Under the pieces are notes generated by a model. The model ran no database searches, was not told the origin of the DNA, and worked only from the letters and a program-made list of their open reading frames with translations. From Chthoniobacteraceae bacterium (lineage in GTDB: Bacteria; Verrucomicrobiota; Verrucomicrobiia; Chthoniobacterales; Chthoniobacteraceae), in NCBI GenBank assembly GCA_040081625.1, contig JBEBGD010000004.1, positions 32,001 to 96,000 on the forward strand: 64,000 nt of DNA, in the 5' to 3' direction. This document shows positions 1-10,025 of the stretch, one piece after another. The translations under genes and the position numbers were made by a program. How positions within the stretch are numbered: the first letter of the stretch is position 1; every line of letters starts with the position of its first letter.

Positions 1-462
1 GGGTTTCTTCAGAATCAGAAGCTGGTCGGAGTGGCCGAGCTTGCTGACCATTTCATCCCACGAGTAATCGGAGAACGCCGTGCAGATCACGACCTGCAAG
101 TCGGGATCCTGCCGCCAGAGTTGCTGGATCGTCTCCACGCCATCCCAGCCGGGCGGCATCCTGACATCGACGAATGCCATCGCATACTGCCGCTGATCGG
201 CCGCGGCTTGTTTGACCATTTCGAGTCCCTGCTCGCCTTGAAATGCGGACTCGAGATCGAACTCCGGTCGCGACGCCTGCACCGTCTTCACCGTCCCGAG
301 CACGCTGGCCATGAGGTCGTCGAGGCCGGTGTTCGCAGGCGGCTGCCCTGCGAGGATCTTCCGGAAATCTTCGTGGATCGCGGGCGTGTCGTCGATGATC
401 AGGATTCGCCGGTTTAGCGCGGCCGCAGGCGGAGTGAGTGAAGCGGGAATGGGCGATGACAT
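1..462 (-). CDS. Response regulator receiver-domain protein (3' end outside window)
   Basis: Manual translation from ATG at 462: RRILIIDD...AFQGEQG...MAFVDVRMPPGWDGVETI...VVICTAFSDYSW...ILKKP. This is a receiver motif set, directly downstream of a histidine kinase. Confidence 0.9.
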   Translation of the reverse strand, partial: MSSPIPASLTPPAAALNRRILIIDDTPAIHEDFRKILAGQPPANTGLDDLMASVLGTVKTVQASRPEFDLESAFQGEQGLEMVKQAAADQRQYAMAFVDVRMPPGWDGVETIQQLWRQDPDLQVVICTAFSDYSWDEMVSKLGHSDQLLILKKP

Positions 463-472
463 GGCGCGGCGT

Positions 473-2047
473 TCAGGCTGCGGCTTGGACGCATCCGTCC
501 CCAGCGATGGGCAGTTCGAGGGTGAAAGTGGCGCCGCGTCCGGGGCCATCGCTCTGCGCGGTGAGCGAACCGCCCATCTCCTTGGCGGCGAGCGCGCCGC
601 TATGGAGCCCGAAGCCGTGGCCACCGCGCTTGGTCGTAAATCCGTGCGAGAAAATTCGAGTGAGGTTTTCGTATGGGACTCCCACCCCATTGTCGCGCAC
701 CACGATCCTCACCGACTCATCACCGTGGCAGCAGGCTTTGAGGGTGAGCAGCTTCTTGTCGCCCCCCTGCTCGACGATCGCCTGCCGCGCGTTGGTGATC
801 AGGTTGACCAGAATTTGCAGCGCCTTCGGCTTGTCCGCAAAGATCGGCGGCAAGTTCCCGATGTCGCGGAAGACCTCGACGCCGTGCCGCTCCAGTTCGC
901 TGGCATTGATCCGCAGCGCGTCATCGATCAACGCGCCGACATCCACCGATTCACTCATCACCGACGACGTGGCGTAGGTCTGCTGCATCGCGACGATGTC
1001 GCGGATGTGCGTCACATTCTTCGAGAGCCCCTCCGCCTCCGCGATCAGTTCGCCTTGCTCGACCAGCAGCGCGTCCGCAAAGTGCGCGATCAAGTCGGGG
1101 ACGAGCTTGCCCCGCGGATCGGTCGTCAGGAACTCGACCAGCCGCGGCTGCTGTTCCTTCAAAAGCGCCGCGAGCTTCCCGAGTTCGCCCGCCTTGCTGC
1201 GGCGCGCCCGGTCGCTGATCACCATCCCCGAGACGTTCACGCTGTTGAGCACGTTGCCGACATTGTGCAAAACGCTCGTGGCGATCTCCGCCATGCCCGC
1301 TTCGCGCGAGGATTCGATGAGCTGTTTGTTGAGCACATCGAGCTCCTGGGCGGCCTGTTCGCGCTGCGCTACCTGCCTGCTCAAGTTGAGCTGGCGGCTC
1401 GCATGTCCGGCCAACTCGAGCGTGCCGGCCCGGTATTGCTCGATGAATCGCGAGAGGATTCCCGCTTCCATAAAATACCACCCGCCGCGCTCGATCCACC
1501 GCCACCATTGCACCGGGGCGCTTCCATAAATCGACTCCGGCCACACCGAGCCCCGCAGGGCGTGATCCAGCGTCACCACCGCCGCAGCGATCGTGAGAAC
1601 CGATGCATCCAGGTAAAACGCCAGAATCGCCAGGCTGCAAAATGCGTGAAACTGAAGTTCAGGGCGGCCGCCGCTGAGATGGAGCAAAAGCCCCGCAAAC
1701 AGCATCTGCCCGATCGCTACTGTGCGCCGCGTCAGCGGAGTCCCCGGGCGGAGCCAGACGGAAAAGATGGGGATCAGGGCAAGGATCGCACCCAGCACCA
1801 CCACGCCCCAGCCCTGCACCGCGTGCAGCGCGAGCGCACCCCCACCCATATTCCAGCCGCGCGGCCAGGACATGGCGCAGGCCACCGCCCACTGGAAAAG
1901 CAGCAGCCCTGCGAGCACGCGATCCGTCCTCAGCCGCTGGCTTTGAATCCTGGCGCAAAAGACTTCGGTCGCTTCCGGCACGGCGTCCACGACGGCCGGC
2001 GCGTTTCCATTCCAAAAAAGTGAGTGCAGTCGGTTGGAGAGAGTCAC
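473..2047 (-). CDS. Integral-membrane sensor histidine kinase
   Basis: N-terminal TM helices. H-box SVLHNVGNVLNSV, N-box QILVNLITNA, G-boxes DNGVG and GHGFGL. Start codon uncertain. Confidence 0.92.
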   Translation of the reverse strand: MTLSNRLHSLFWNGNAPAVVDAVPEATEVFCARIQSQRLRTDRVLAGLLLFQWAVACAMSWPRGWNMGGGALALHAVQGWGVVVLGAILALIPIFSVWLRPGTPLTRRTVAIGQMLFAGLLLHLSGGRPELQFHAFCSLAILAFYLDASVLTIAAAVVTLDHALRGSVWPESIYGSAPVQWWRWIERGGWYFMEAGILSRFIEQYRAGTLELAGHASRQLNLSRQVAQREQAAQELDVLNKQLIESSREAGMAEIATSVLHNVGNVLNSVNVSGMVISDRARRSKAGELGKLAALLKEQQPRLVEFLTTDPRGKLVPDLIAHFADALLVEQGELIAEAEGLSKNVTHIRDIVAMQQTYATSSVMSESVDVGALIDDALRINASELERHGVEVFRDIGNLPPIFADKPKALQILVNLITNARQAIVEQGGDKKLLTLKACCHGDESVRIVVRDNGVGVPYENLTRIFSHGFTTKRGGHGFGLHSGALAAKEMGGSLTAQSDGPGRGATFTLELPIAGDGCVQAAA

Positions 2048-2196
2048 ACTGAGTGCATTTTTCGGCTACCAGCCCCCTGGATAATTAATCATATAAACGA
2101 TAATTTCTATAAGCAGCCCCCATTCCAACCCCCTCTGATTCCCGCCTGAACTCCGCTGCTACGCCCCGTCAGACTCCCCCTCGTCGCAGACGGGAA

Positions 2197-3084
2197 TCAA
2201 AGCCGCAGTCGCACGATGCGCCGGTTCGTCGTGTCGGCGACAAAGATGCGGCCCCTCGAATCGACTGCGAGCCCCCACGGCGTCGCAAACTCACCAACTC
2301 CCGCACCCGTGCGACCGAGCTGACCGTCGAGCTTCCCATCCGGCCGCACCCGCGAGAGCCGGCCCGCGCCGTATTCGATCACGTTGAAAACCCCGTCGGG
2401 CCCGAGCGCGATGTCGTAGGGCAGACCGAATGTCAGCGCTCCGAGATCGCCGAGATAATTGCCGGCGTCGGCGAAGACGAGCACGCGGTTGTTGATCGCG
2501 TCGGCGACGAAAACCTTCCCGTCGTGCCACGCGAGACCGCTCGGCCTTTGAAACTGCCCCCGCCCCGTGCCGAAGCTGCCGAACTCCGCGAGCCACTCGC
2601 CTTCGCGCGTGAACTTCTGCACCCGGTCGTGGCCGCCGTATTCGCAGATGTAGAGGTTCTCGTCCGCGTCCGTGCAGATGCCGACCGGGTAGAAAAACTC
2701 GCCCCGTCCCTCGCCCTTGCGCCCGAAGTTGCGCAGCCAGTTTCCGTCGCGGTCGAAATAGACAATACGGTGATAGTGCGTGTCGCAGACCACGATGCGC
2801 CCATCGCGCAGGATGACGATCCCCTCGGGCTTGCCGACCTTCACATCGAGCATGTGCCAGCGCCGCACCAGCCCACCGTCAGCGTCGTAAATGAGCACGC
2901 GCCCCGCGGTGTCGAGCACCGCGAGTTCATCCGCCGGGCCGATGGCGAGGCTGCGCGCAGTCGGCAGCGAAGCTCCCTCCGGTGGAAGCTGCCACGCACG
3001 CCACTCGCGCGCCGTGATCTCCGGCGCAGGCGCGCGCGAACATGCGGCGACGATCATCGAGACCGCGACGAGGACGAGCCTCAT
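2197..3084 (-). CDS. Exported NHL-repeat beta-propeller protein (lipoprotein-like)
   Basis: Repeated F..P.G.A.D..G.I.V.D..N.R NHL motifs. Signal ending in IVAAC. ATG at 3084 overlaps the upstream TGA (ATGA). Confidence 0.85.
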   Translation of the reverse strand: MRLVLVAVSMIVAACSRAPAPEITAREWRAWQLPPEGASLPTARSLAIGPADELAVLDTAGRVLIYDADGGLVRRWHMLDVKVGKPEGIVILRDGRIVVCDTHYHRIVYFDRDGNWLRNFGRKGEGRGEFFYPVGICTDADENLYICEYGGHDRVQKFTREGEWLAEFGSFGTGRGQFQRPSGLAWHDGKVFVADAINNRVLVFADAGNYLGDLGALTFGLPYDIALGPDGVFNVIEYGAGRLSRVRPDGKLDGQLGRTGAGVGEFATPWGLAVDSRGRIFVADTTNRRIVRLRL

Positions 3085-4013
3085 GCGCGCAAGCGGACCA
3101 CCGCAGGCATCTCCGGTTGGAGATCCGCCGCGGCCGGTCGGTGCAGGAACGTTCGCACCACGGCCGCATTCACATGTCGCAACTCCGCCTCGGCGAACGA
3201 GCCGAGAAAATTCGCGCTCCTCACGACCATGTGGCTCAGATTCGTCGGCTCGATCTCGATTTGCTCGGGCCGGAAACACCGCGCGAAGTCGATCTTCTCG
3301 TCCAGCCACAGGTCCGCCTCCTCGGGCGTCATCCAATTGCCGGGGCCGAGACACTCCATCACGTCGCGGCTCGGCGGGTTCGCATAAGCCTCGGCGATCG
3401 GCCCGGCGTGCAGCACACCCCCGTCGCGCAGGCACACGACATTCTGCGCCTCGGCGAGCGCGGCCTCCGGCACATGCGTCGCGAAGACGAGCGAGCGATC
3501 CTCCGCCGCGAGCGCCGCACGAATCACCGACCAGTAGCGCCCCACGCGCGCCGGATCGACATGCGCGAGCGGTTCGTCGAGCACGAGCACCTTTGCCGGC
3601 GCAGCGAGCGCACGCGCGACGCTGAGCCGCGCACGCTCTCCCTCACTCAACTCGTCCGGTCGCGCCCCCGCGCGCTCCGTGAGATCGAAGCCGGCGAGCA
3701 ACTCGTCGATGCGCGCCTCGGCGCAACGCACCAGCGCGAGATGTTCGCGCGCCGTGCAGTGCGGCCACAGTCCGTCATTCTGCGGCGACCAGTAGAACGA
3801 GCGCGGCCCGTCGAAGATGCCGCGGTCGGGCTTCTCGAAACCGACCAGCACGTTGAGCAGCGACGTCTTCCCCGCGCCCGACCAGCCGAGCACCGCAGTC
3901 ACGCCACGCGGGATCACGACGGACACATCGCGCAGGCGCGACGGGCCGAGGCACACGTTATTGAGCGTCCAGAGCGGAGCGTCAGCGCCGCGGTTGCGGC
4001 TTTCGTCAGTCAT
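3081..4013 (-). CDS. ABC transporter ATP-binding protein
   Basis: Walker A GWSGAGKT, signature LSEGE, Walker B VLVLDEP, H-loop FATH. Confidence 0.9.
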   Translation of the reverse strand: MTDESRNRGADAPLWTLNNVCLGPSRLRDVSVVIPRGVTAVLGWSGAGKTSLLNVLVGFEKPDRGIFDGPRSFYWSPQNDGLWPHCTAREHLALVRCAEARIDELLAGFDLTERAGARPDELSEGERARLSVARALAAPAKVLVLDEPLAHVDPARVGRYWSVIRAALAAEDRSLVFATHVPEAALAEAQNVVCLRDGGVLHAGPIAEAYANPPSRDVMECLGPGNWMTPEEADLWLDEKIDFARCFRPEQIEIEPTNLSHMVVRSANFLGSFAEAELRHVNAAVVRTFLHRPAAADLQPEMPAVVRLRA

Positions 4014-5289
4014 CGCGCCGTGCATAGAGGCGCGCGGCGCCGACGGTCAACGCGAGAAGCGCAGCGGGCACGAGCGTCGCGGCGATCAGCATCGCAGAAA
4101 GGACCGCGCTCTGGCCGTAGTGCGCGAGATTGTGCAGCCGCGCAAAGACAGGCGTGAGCCCGATCGGCGCGAGGATCGTCGCCGCAGTCAGCTCGAAATA
4201 CGCGAGCATGAACAGCAGCGCGAGCGCCCCGGCCCGCGGCGCGAGCGCGAGATCCCAGATCAATCGCCGGCTGCCTGCCATGCGCGCGAGATGCAGCGCC
4301 TCGCGCGGCGTGTGCGCGCGGATCAACTCGCGCAGCACAAACGCGATCGGCGCGATGAGCAACATCTCGACCGCGATCAACGGGAGCGGCGTATCGCGCA
4401 GCAGCCGCACCACCGGGACTTGGATGAACGCGAGCACCAGCAGCGCGAGCACGAGCGCCCCGAGCAGCCCGGGTAGCGCGACGAGCGCACGTCCGCGCAT
4501 CAGCAGCCACACGCCCGGGGCCGCCGCAGCAGCAATGCCCAGGCTGACGACGAGATCGGCCGCGAAAACTTCCTGCACGCGCAGTTGCGCGAAGCCGGTC
4601 GCCGCCAGCCACGCGACGCGCGCGAGCGGGAGGCCGGCGATGAGCACGGCGATCGCGATGATGAAATGCAAACCGCCTCCGCGCGCCGCGCCAACGCGCC
4701 CGGAGGTCGCGCTCCACCTCGGCACCAGCAGCGCGACGATCACCGCGAGTTGGATCGTCACCGGCAACGCGATCCGGCGGAGCGACAGCGAAGGATCGAG
4801 CCCGCCGGCGTGTGCGTCGAAAAGCATCACCGTCCACGTCTTCACCGCGAACAACGAAGCCAGCTCGAAATCCGTGAACGTGAGCAGGAACAAAACGGCA
4901 AGTGTCGCCCACGGCACGGGACCAGCCGCGCGAACCGCGAACCACGCACGCGCCGCTGCGCCCTCCGCCGGGAGAAGTCGCGCGCAAAAAGCGGCCTCGG
5001 CGCTGAGCGGCGACGGAAAACAATCGCGGGCCAGTGCGGCGAGCGGCGCGAGCTTGAGCATCAGCAGCACGGAGTAAAACGCCGCGAGCATCGACCCGCC
5101 GAACATGAGCGTGACCGGCGCGGCAGCGTAGCTGATCAGCAGCGAGGGCATGAGCAGCGGCGCGATCAGGCAGACCGTGCGCAGCGTCGAGCGCCGCCCA
5201 CCGCCGAGCGGCCAACCGATGGCGAACGCCGCGCCTGCAAGCACCGCACAGCGGAGGGCATCGAGGGCGACCTGCGCGGTGAAATTCAC
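4006..5289 (-). CDS. ABC transporter permease (Fe3+/FbpB-like, two TM modules)
   Basis: Highly hydrophobic with duplicated EAA-like loops. Lies between the binding protein and ATPase. GTGA overlap at 5286-5289. Confidence 0.8.
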   Translation of the reverse strand: MNFTAQVALDALRCAVLAGAAFAIGWPLGGGRRSTLRTVCLIAPLLMPSLLISYAAAPVTLMFGGSMLAAFYSVLLMLKLAPLAALARDCFPSPLSAEAAFCARLLPAEGAAARAWFAVRAAGPVPWATLAVLFLLTFTDFELASLFAVKTWTVMLFDAHAGGLDPSLSLRRIALPVTIQLAVIVALLVPRWSATSGRVGAARGGGLHFIIAIAVLIAGLPLARVAWLAATGFAQLRVQEVFAADLVVSLGIAAAAAPGVWLLMRGRALVALPGLLGALVLALLVLAFIQVPVVRLLRDTPLPLIAVEMLLIAPIAFVLRELIRAHTPREALHLARMAGSRRLIWDLALAPRAGALALLFMLAYFELTAATILAPIGLTPVFARLHNLAHYGQSAVLSAMLIAATLVPAALLALTVGAARLYARRDD

Positions 5290-6302
5290 TCGGTGTATTC
5301 CGATTTGAGCCACGCGAGGCACTCCACGCGATCCTTCACAAACCCGGCGAGCGGCACGCACTTCGCCGACCATTCCCGCAGCTCGCGCACTTCGGCGGGA
5401 AGCTGGTTTTCATCCACCGGCCCGAGCGGAATCTGGCGCGACTTCGATTTTGCCAGCGCCATCTCGGCCTCGGCGGAAAGGAGGTAGTCGATGAGCTGCC
5501 GCGCGGTCGCCTCGTGCGGCGCGCCACGGATCAGCGCGACGGTGTTCGGGATGCAAATGCTCGCGCCGTCGATGCGCACCGGCTTCATCGCCACGAGCGC
5601 GCCGCGGTCTTTCGCGTCGAAGAAATCGTCGGTGTCGGTGAATCCGTGATCGCGCGCCCCGCGCGCCACGATGTCCTTCACCATCCCGTTGCCGTTCACC
5701 TCGCGCAGACCGCGCGCCCGGCTCTCGTGGTGCCACGTCTTCAGCCGCTCCGGTCCCCAGAGGTGCCAGAGCGCCGTGTAGTGAGTGAGCGTGGTGCCGT
5801 AGAGCGGCTTGGCGATTGCGCCACGGGAGAGATCGTCGAGATCGGTCGCGGGATTTCGCGTGTTGATGATATGGACGCGAAGCCGCGCCGCGAAGCCGGT
5901 CCAGCGCGCGTCGGCGTCCTTCCATTGCTCGGGGATGCGCTCCCAGCCCGGTCCACGATGCGGCGCGAGCACGCCGCGCTCCGCGAGATCGGCGGTGCCG
6001 AGCATCTCGTTGTTCCAAAACACGTCGCATCGCGGCGCGTCCTTTTCCGCGAGCAGCAGTTCCACGAGCCCGAGCGACTTGGTCGCCTCGGTGTCGTATC
6101 GCACCAGCACCTTCACGCCGCTCCGCATCTCGAAGTCGCGCAGGATCTCCTCCGCGAAGACCGCGTCGTGCGCGCAATAGACAACCACCGAACTGCGCAG
6201 CGCCGGCAGCCGCCAGAGCGTGACGAACAACACCGCGACGAGCCCGAGCAGGAGGAGCGTGCGATCCCGGATGAACGCGGCGGCTTCCGCTTCGCGCCTC
6301 AT
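5286..6302 (-). CDS. ABC substrate-binding protein (Fe3+/AfuA-FbpA-like)
   Basis: VVVYCAHD, CDVFWNNE, GTTLTH, GFTDTDD and IPNTVALI motifs. Confidence 0.85.
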   Translation of the reverse strand: MRREAEAAAFIRDRTLLLLGLVAVLFVTLWRLPALRSSVVVYCAHDAVFAEEILRDFEMRSGVKVLVRYDTEATKSLGLVELLLAEKDAPRCDVFWNNEMLGTADLAERGVLAPHRGPGWERIPEQWKDADARWTGFAARLRVHIINTRNPATDLDDLSRGAIAKPLYGTTLTHYTALWHLWGPERLKTWHHESRARGLREVNGNGMVKDIVARGARDHGFTDTDDFFDAKDRGALVAMKPVRIDGASICIPNTVALIRGAPHEATARQLIDYLLSAEAEMALAKSKSRQIPLGPVDENQLPAEVRELREWSAKCVPLAGFVKDRVECLAWLKSEYTE

Positions 6303-7876
6303 TTCGCCGGCAGCGCGTCGAAGTATTTCTGGATCGCCTCGCGATAGCCCGGCGGCACCTGCTCGGCGGAGATCGCTTCACTCACACCCTGCTTCACCTG
6401 CTTCACGGCCTCCTGATAATCCTCGGGACGCGCGCCCTTCGGTCCAAGCTCCTGCGTCTTCCACTGGAGCAAGGTTTTCCCCGCGCTGAGCTGCGTCGGG
6501 CTGCGCTCCTGCTTGAAGCTGGTCTCCGACTCATCGTTCTCGGGCGCCTGTCCGCCGGCGCCGGGCTGGCCGTTCGGGCCCATGCCGGGGCCGACCTGAT
6601 TGTTCTGCGTCAGCTTTTGGTAAAGCGCGGCGTAGTCAGCCATCGTCTTGCACTCGCCGCACTGGCCGCCGTCGAGCTTCTGCTGATCGGCGAGTTGCTT
6701 CGCCGCTTGCAGACTTTTCAGCGCGTCCTCGAGCGCCTGCTGATCCTTCATCGCCTGCGCGAGTTGATCGAGCTCCTGCTCGCTCAAGCTCATCGACTGC
6801 TGCGCCGCATCGAGCGCTTCCTTCGACATCTGGTCGAGCTTCGACATGTCGAGCTGCTCCATCGCTCGTTGAAGTGCGGCCTGCATCTGCGGCGAGGACG
6901 CGGCCTGCTTGAGCCCTTCGCCGAGCTGGTTCATGCGCTGCGCGAGCTGCTCCTGCGCGGCGCGTTTCTCCGCACCCTCGGGCATTTTCGCGATCTTCTG
7001 CATCTCGCTCTTGATCGCCTCCATCTCGTTCTTGATCGCGCTCGCATCGCCCTTCTTCAAATCCTCGCGCCACTGCTGCACCTGCTGCGGATTCGCCTGC
7101 CCGAACTTCTGCCCGCCTTGCTCATTCGCGTCGTTGCGCCGCTCGCTCGCGGCCTGCCGCCATAGTTCGCCGATCTGCTTCTGCTGCTCGGCGAGCCGCT
7201 TGAGATTCGCCTCGCGCTCCTGCGGTTTCGCTTCCTTGAAAGTCTTCTCCAGCGCCGCGAGCGCCTGCTTCACCTTCTCGTTCTCCTTCGCGTCGTCCTG
7301 CTTGAGCTGGTCGGCCCGCGCCGCCGTCGCCTTCTTCGTCTGCTCGAGTTGCTGCTGCTGCTTCGCGAACTTCTCGCGCTCCGCTTCTTTCTTGAACGGG
7401 TCGAGTTGCGGCAGCCACATCGCGAGCGCGGCGACGATTGCGGTGGACAGGAAAATGTCGCGCGCACCGCGCTGCCACGCGAACGGCAGGACGCGGCGCG
7501 GATCGAGCGAGTCGGACCGCTCCTCCGCCTGCGCGAGCACGATCGGGCTGAACTCGCCGGACGCATCCGACACGAGCGCCGAGGTGAGAAAGAGATCCTT
7601 GCTCCCGGTTCGTTCGTCGATGAGCCGCGCCGTGTCGCGAGGCTGCGGCTTGCGGGTGAAGACCAGCGCGACCAGCGCCGCGAGCGCAGCCGGCAGCCAG
7701 AGCCAGCGCACGACGACCTCCGCCGGGAGGATCGCGAGCAGCCGCGCGGCGAGCAGCGCGAGCACCGCGACACCGGCCGCGACGAGCCAGCCGCGATGAA
7801 ACGCGCCGCCGAGGCGGGCGAAATAAATCCGGCCGGCGGTCCGTGCGAGCAGCCGCTGTGTGCGCGGGATGTTCAT
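6299..7876 (-). CDS. Hypothetical membrane protein with long Gln/Lys-rich coiled coil
   Basis: Three N-terminal TM segments, a long helical region and C-terminal VPPGYREAIQKYF. ATG at 7876; stop overlaps the next start. Confidence 0.75.
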   Translation of the reverse strand: MNIPRTQRLLARTAGRIYFARLGGAFHRGWLVAAGVAVLALLAARLLAILPAEVVVRWLWLPAALAALVALVFTRKPQPRDTARLIDERTGSKDLFLTSALVSDASGEFSPIVLAQAEERSDSLDPRRVLPFAWQRGARDIFLSTAIVAALAMWLPQLDPFKKEAEREKFAKQQQQLEQTKKATAARADQLKQDDAKENEKVKQALAALEKTFKEAKPQEREANLKRLAEQQKQIGELWRQAASERRNDANEQGGQKFGQANPQQVQQWREDLKKGDASAIKNEMEAIKSEMQKIAKMPEGAEKRAAQEQLAQRMNQLGEGLKQAASSPQMQAALQRAMEQLDMSKLDQMSKEALDAAQQSMSLSEQELDQLAQAMKDQQALEDALKSLQAAKQLADQQKLDGGQCGECKTMADYAALYQKLTQNNQVGPGMGPNGQPGAGGQAPENDESETSFKQERSPTQLSAGKTLLQWKTQELGPKGARPEDYQEAVKQVKQGVSEAISAEQVPPGYREAIQKYFDALPAK

Positions 7877-7970
7877 GGCGCCAGCGTGGACCGCAGCCGC
7901 CGCGGACGCAACGCGGATTCCCTGCGCGCGCGGCTTGTCGCGGCGAGGCAACGGCCCATAGGTTGCGCGC

Positions 7971-10025
7971 GTGCGACTTCTCCCGCGTCTCATCTTCATC
8001 TGCATCTCGCTGCTCTCCCCGGCTCTCGCCGCGCCCGTCGTCGTGGGCTTCGAGCGCTCCAGCGGCGGCGACGTGCTTCTCTCCGAACTGCACTGCGCGA
8101 ACTGCCACCGCTCGGACCAGATCGCCGCGCACGCGGGGCCGTCGCTCGCCGGCGTCGGCTCGCGGGTGCGCGTGGATTTTCTCCGGCGCTGGATCGCCGA
8201 TCCCGCGAGCGTGAAGCCCGGCACGACCATGCCTGCATTGAAGGCGGACGCGGCGTCGATCGAAGCGATCACGCATTTCCTCGCGTCGCTGCGCGAGGAA
8301 GGCGCGCCGGCGCGCGTCGCGGGCTCAGTCGAGCGCGGGCGGCACCTCTATCACGCCATCGGTTGCGTCGCGTGTCATGCGCCGGATGCGGACTACCCGC
8401 CGCCGGGGCTCGCGCCGGGAACGCGCCCGCCAAAGCTGGAAGTGCCATCGGTGCCGCTCGGAAAGCCCGGCGAAAAATACACGGTCGCGTCGCTCCAGAG
8501 CTTCCTGCTCGATCCGCTCGCGGTGCGGCCTTCCGCGCGAATGCCGCGCGTGCCGATGAGTGACGAGGAAGCGGCGGATCTCGCCGCGTATCTCACCGCC
8601 GATGCGCCGGACCCGGCGCCCTTTCAGCCAAATGCGCGTCTCGTCGCGCAGGGTCGCGAGAAGTTTGCGTCGCTCGGTTGCGCGGCGTGTCACTCGGCTC
8701 CGGGCATCGAGTTCAAGCCGACAGCGACCCCGCTCGCCCGGCTGACCAATGGCGGCTGCCTCGATGCGAATCCGCCGGCGACCGCGCCGCGCTACGATCT
8801 CGACGACCGCCAGCGCGCCGCGCTGAGCGCCGCGCTCGCGAAGCCCGCCGGCCCTTCATCCGCGCACAGCTCGATGAGCGCGCTCAATTGCTACGCGTGC
8901 CACTCGCGCGACGGACAAGGCGGACCGGAGTCGGGACGCGCGGCGTATTTCGCAAACGTCGGCGATGTCGATCTCGGCGACGAAGGCCGCATCCCGCCGC
9001 CGCTCACCGGCGTCGGCGCGAAGCTGCAAACGTCAGTGATCGAGCGTGTCGTGCGCGGCGACGCCGCGGTGCGTCCGTATATGGCGACGCGGATGCCCGA
9101 CTTCGGCGCCGCACACGCCGCGGAACTCGCGCGCGTTTTCACCGAGACCGACTACCGCCCCGGCGAGCCGATCCCGAACGTGGGCCGCAACACGGTCGGC
9201 CGCGAACTCATCGGCACGGCGGGGCTCACATGCATCGCGTGTCACGGCTTGAGAGGACGCAAGTCGCTCGGTGTGCCGGCGATCGATCTCATGCACACGA
9301 CCACGCGGCTGCGGCGCGAGTGGTTCCACGCGTATCTGCGCGATCCCGGCGCGCTGCGACCGGGCACGCGGATGCCGCCCTTCTGGCCCGGCGGCAAGCC
9401 GGCGAACCCGAGGATCAAGGGCAGCGCGGAGCACCAGATCGACAGCCTCTGGGTCTATCTCACCGAACTCGACCAGAGCCGGTTGCCCGAGGGACTGCTC
9501 GAGAAAGGGCAGTTCGAGATCAAGCCCACGGGCACGCCGGTCGTCTTCCGCACATTCATGGAAGACGTCGGGATGCAGACGATCGCGGTCGGTTTTCCGC
9601 AAGGGCTTCACGTCGCGTTCGACGCGAAGACGGTGCGCCTCGCGCTCGCGTGGCGCGGGGCATTTCTCGACGCCGAGGGCACGTGGGAAGAGCGCGCCGC
9701 ACCGCTCGCCGCGCCGCTCGGCAAGGACGTGGCGAAGCTCGCGCAGGCCGCGCAGTTCACCGAGAAGGCTGATGCGCACACGATCTTCGGCGGCTACCGA
9801 CTCGACGCTCGCGGCGTGCCGACCTTCCTCTACCGCGTCGGCGCGACGGAAGTCGAAGACCGCGTCGAGCCGGACGCGAAAGGCCGCGTGCTGCGTCGCA
9901 CGCTGACGCTTCGCGGAAAGGAGCCGCTGAGTTTTCTGCCTGCGCCGCACGAGAAGATCGTCAGCGGCGGCGCTGCATTCGACGCGCAAGGCGTCGCGAA
10001 GATCACCACTGAAATCACCTGGTAA
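7971..10025 (+). CDS. Multiheme cytochrome c (5 CxxCH)
   Basis: Signal peptide. CANCH, CVACH, CAACH, CYACH and CIACH, with xxMP Met-ligand motifs. Confidence 0.9.
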   Translation: MRLLPRLIFICISLLSPALAAPVVVGFERSSGGDVLLSELHCANCHRSDQIAAHAGPSLAGVGSRVRVDFLRRWIADPASVKPGTTMPALKADAASIEAITHFLASLREEGAPARVAGSVERGRHLYHAIGCVACHAPDADYPPPGLAPGTRPPKLEVPSVPLGKPGEKYTVASLQSFLLDPLAVRPSARMPRVPMSDEEAADLAAYLTADAPDPAPFQPNARLVAQGREKFASLGCAACHSAPGIEFKPTATPLARLTNGGCLDANPPATAPRYDLDDRQRAALSAALAKPAGPSSAHSSMSALNCYACHSRDGQGGPESGRAAYFANVGDVDLGDEGRIPPPLTGVGAKLQTSVIERVVRGDAAVRPYMATRMPDFGAAHAAELARVFTETDYRPGEPIPNVGRNTVGRELIGTAGLTCIACHGLRGRKSLGVPAIDLMHTTTRLRREWFHAYLRDPGALRPGTRMPPFWPGGKPANPRIKGSAEHQIDSLWVYLTELDQSRLPEGLLEKGQFEIKPTGTPVVFRTFMEDVGMQTIAVGFPQGLHVAFDAKTVRLALAWRGAFLDAEGTWEERAAPLAAPLGKDVAKLAQAAQFTEKADAHTIFGGYRLDARGVPTFLYRVGATEVEDRVEPDAKGRVLRRTLTLRGKEPLSFLPAPHEKIVSGGAAFDAQGVAKITTEITW

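Noticed and set aside
2048..2196. AT-rich intergenic tract with two GATAATT copies
   Set aside because: Consistent with an ordinary promoter region for the kinase; too short to support a specific call.
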